From positions 2,060,524 to 2,124,523 of the forward strand of contig MU053873.1 of NCBI GenBank assembly GCA_013239625.1: a stretch of DNA of 64,000 bases, written 5' to 3'. The notes under the pieces are model-generated. The model searched no databases. It was not told the origin of the DNA and saw only the letters and a program-made list of their open reading frames with translations. Below, one piece after another: positions 62,481-64,000 of the stretch. Source of the DNA: Lama guanicoe. Lineage: Eukaryota. Numbering within the stretch: position 1 is the stretch's first letter; every line of letters starts with the position of its first letter. The position numbers and the translations under genes were made by a program.

Positions 62481-63309
62481 CTGACTCACTGTGATGCCTC
62501 GATCAGGCGACTTTTGGCTCCAGACTGTGGTCTCCGCACAGCCTCATGGTCAACACTCCCCAGAGCTGCCGTGAGGAGTAAAGAAGGTCACGTCCATGGT
62601 GACATGGCGGGTGCTCGGACCCCTTTATTCCATCCTTCCTCCTCCTCTCTTTCTGACTCTGGACGTCGGAGTGTATTTCTGGGAGGAAGGGGCCTCGCAC
62701 ATGTGCTACTGATCGGTGGCAACAGAAAGAGGGTGCTATGAGCCTTGGCTTTGGGACCGTGCCCTCACTGTGGGATGGGGTATGTCTCCCCACCACCCCG
62801 TGCAAACTGATGAGTGCTGTCCACCGGAGCATGAGCTGTCTGTGTCCAACAGGGGACAGGAGACTCCTGACTGTGGGGCTCTTTCTCTCCCTCCCATGCC
62901 AGGGTGTCATGCAAACGGGACTTTCTGGAGGCCCACTCTCACCCTCAACCCCCTCCATCATGCCACTGCCACTGAGATCTTGTCTCAAATTCTTCCTTCA
63001 TTAGGTTTATCAGTCCACAATCCAGAGGGCTCTGCCAGAGAGACCTTGGAGTTCTGCAGCTTTCACTTTCAATGGAAAACACCCCAGTGGGTAGGAGAAT
63101 TCAGTCATTCACACCTTGGTATGAACTAGGTTAGAGACGGGAATGTGCTAAATGCTAAAGGCAAGTGGCCAGGTTAGTGGCCTGATCAGACAATTGAAAG
63201 GGGCTGCCCCCTGCTAGGCTGGAGGGCAGAGGGATGCTATAGGCAGGGGAGAGGGGTTGGGAGAACCAGGGACCCTACTCTCTTCCTCTACACTTCCCTG
63301 TCTCACTTT

Positions 63310-63500
63310 TTATAATTTGCGAGCTGGGCTATGCAACCCTAAGGGCTTGGCACCTTGGTGCTCCAAATGGGATTTCTCTGGTCCCCAGCACCAAGCGCGG
63401 TGCCTGGCATGTAGCAAGCACCACATAAGTATCAGACTAACAGATAGATGGACAGATGGATGGACAGACAGGTGGACAAACGGCTGACTGAATGAACAAG
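63310..63500 (+). mobile_element. L2 3' end with (GGAT/GACA)-type tail
   Basis: ccccagcaccaagcgcggtgcctggcatgtagcaagca...gatggacagatggatggacag...tgaatgaa. Confidence 0.65.
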
Positions 63501-64000
63501 TCAGTGGCTGGATGAGCCGCAGCACCAGGACATCACTGATCAGACCCTGGTGAAACCTGTTTGGGCTGATGGTTTTCATCCCAGAGCCCAGCGCCAGGCT
63601 GCTTGTGTTCCAAGCCTGTGACAACCCACAGTTGCTGTGTGCCCAGCACAGTTGGAATTATTGCACCAACCCTGAGCACAACCCTCATTTTATGGGAGAG
63701 GACAAGGAAGCTGGGAGACAGGAGGCCACACAGTGAGGAGGAGGCAAAGCCAGGATCTGAACCCACGCCCCTGACCCCTGTGTTCTTCCTGGACAACCTT
63801 GGTGGGGACACCCCTAGGTCCGTAAAGAAAGGCCTCATCTCTAAGTCTTCCCTTCCTGGGATGCAGGAAGGCCGCGGCTGGAGACAGCTGGGACGTGATG
63901 CAGCTTCCAGACTGATGAGCAGAGTTATCAGATCTTCACGGTGCTAATAACCGTCCCAGCACATGGAGCAGGCCCAGAAGATGGATGGTGTCTCCGGCCT

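Noticed and set aside
1..64000. The many 60-240 aa ORFs in the six-frame track (e.g. 53974-54696, 56535-57251, 35106-35744, 58364-59026)
   Set aside because: No recognisable domains; Pro/Gly/Ser/Arg-rich composition typical of random GC-rich frames; they overlap MIR/L2/MLT or low-complexity DNA; no coherent exon chain. Small spliced exons cannot be excluded by eye.
1..64000. Assignment to a specific gene locus or a novel system
   Set aside because: No exon or diagnostic sequence is recognisable; naming a locus would need a BLAST/BLAT search of the candidate CNEs.

Overview
Mammalian (eutherian) non-coding genomic DNA: moderately GC-rich, very dense in MIR/L2 relics, with L1M fragments, hAT/Tigger MITEs (MER5A, MER3, MER58, MER45, MER102, MER2-like) and MaLR/ERVL solo LTRs. 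The style of the two youngest L1 3' ends, plus the absence of recognisable Alu, B1/B2, Bov-tA, PRE-1 or Can-SINE, suggests an artiodactyl, possibly a camelid (inference from recalled consensus sequences, not a search). I can support no protein-coding exon or RNA gene. The listed ORFs look like chance GC-rich frames, microsatellite translations or L1 ORF2 remnants. Between the repeats lie repeat-free, locally AT-richer blocks with homeodomain/FOX/MEIS/RFX-like motifs, as expected in the gene desert or large intron of a developmental regulator; I cannot identify the locus. The most notable items are a well-preserved solo ERV LTR carrying a CCAAT-box array, octamer, TATA and AATAAA (49196-49705), a near-perfect 238/239-bp tandem duplication (33533-34009), a 5'-inverted (twin-primed) L1 (about 1627-1932), four MER45-like elements, and a ~320-bp almost pure A/T island. 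I see no convincing evidence of a new biological system. Repeat family names and boundaries are by eye and approximate.
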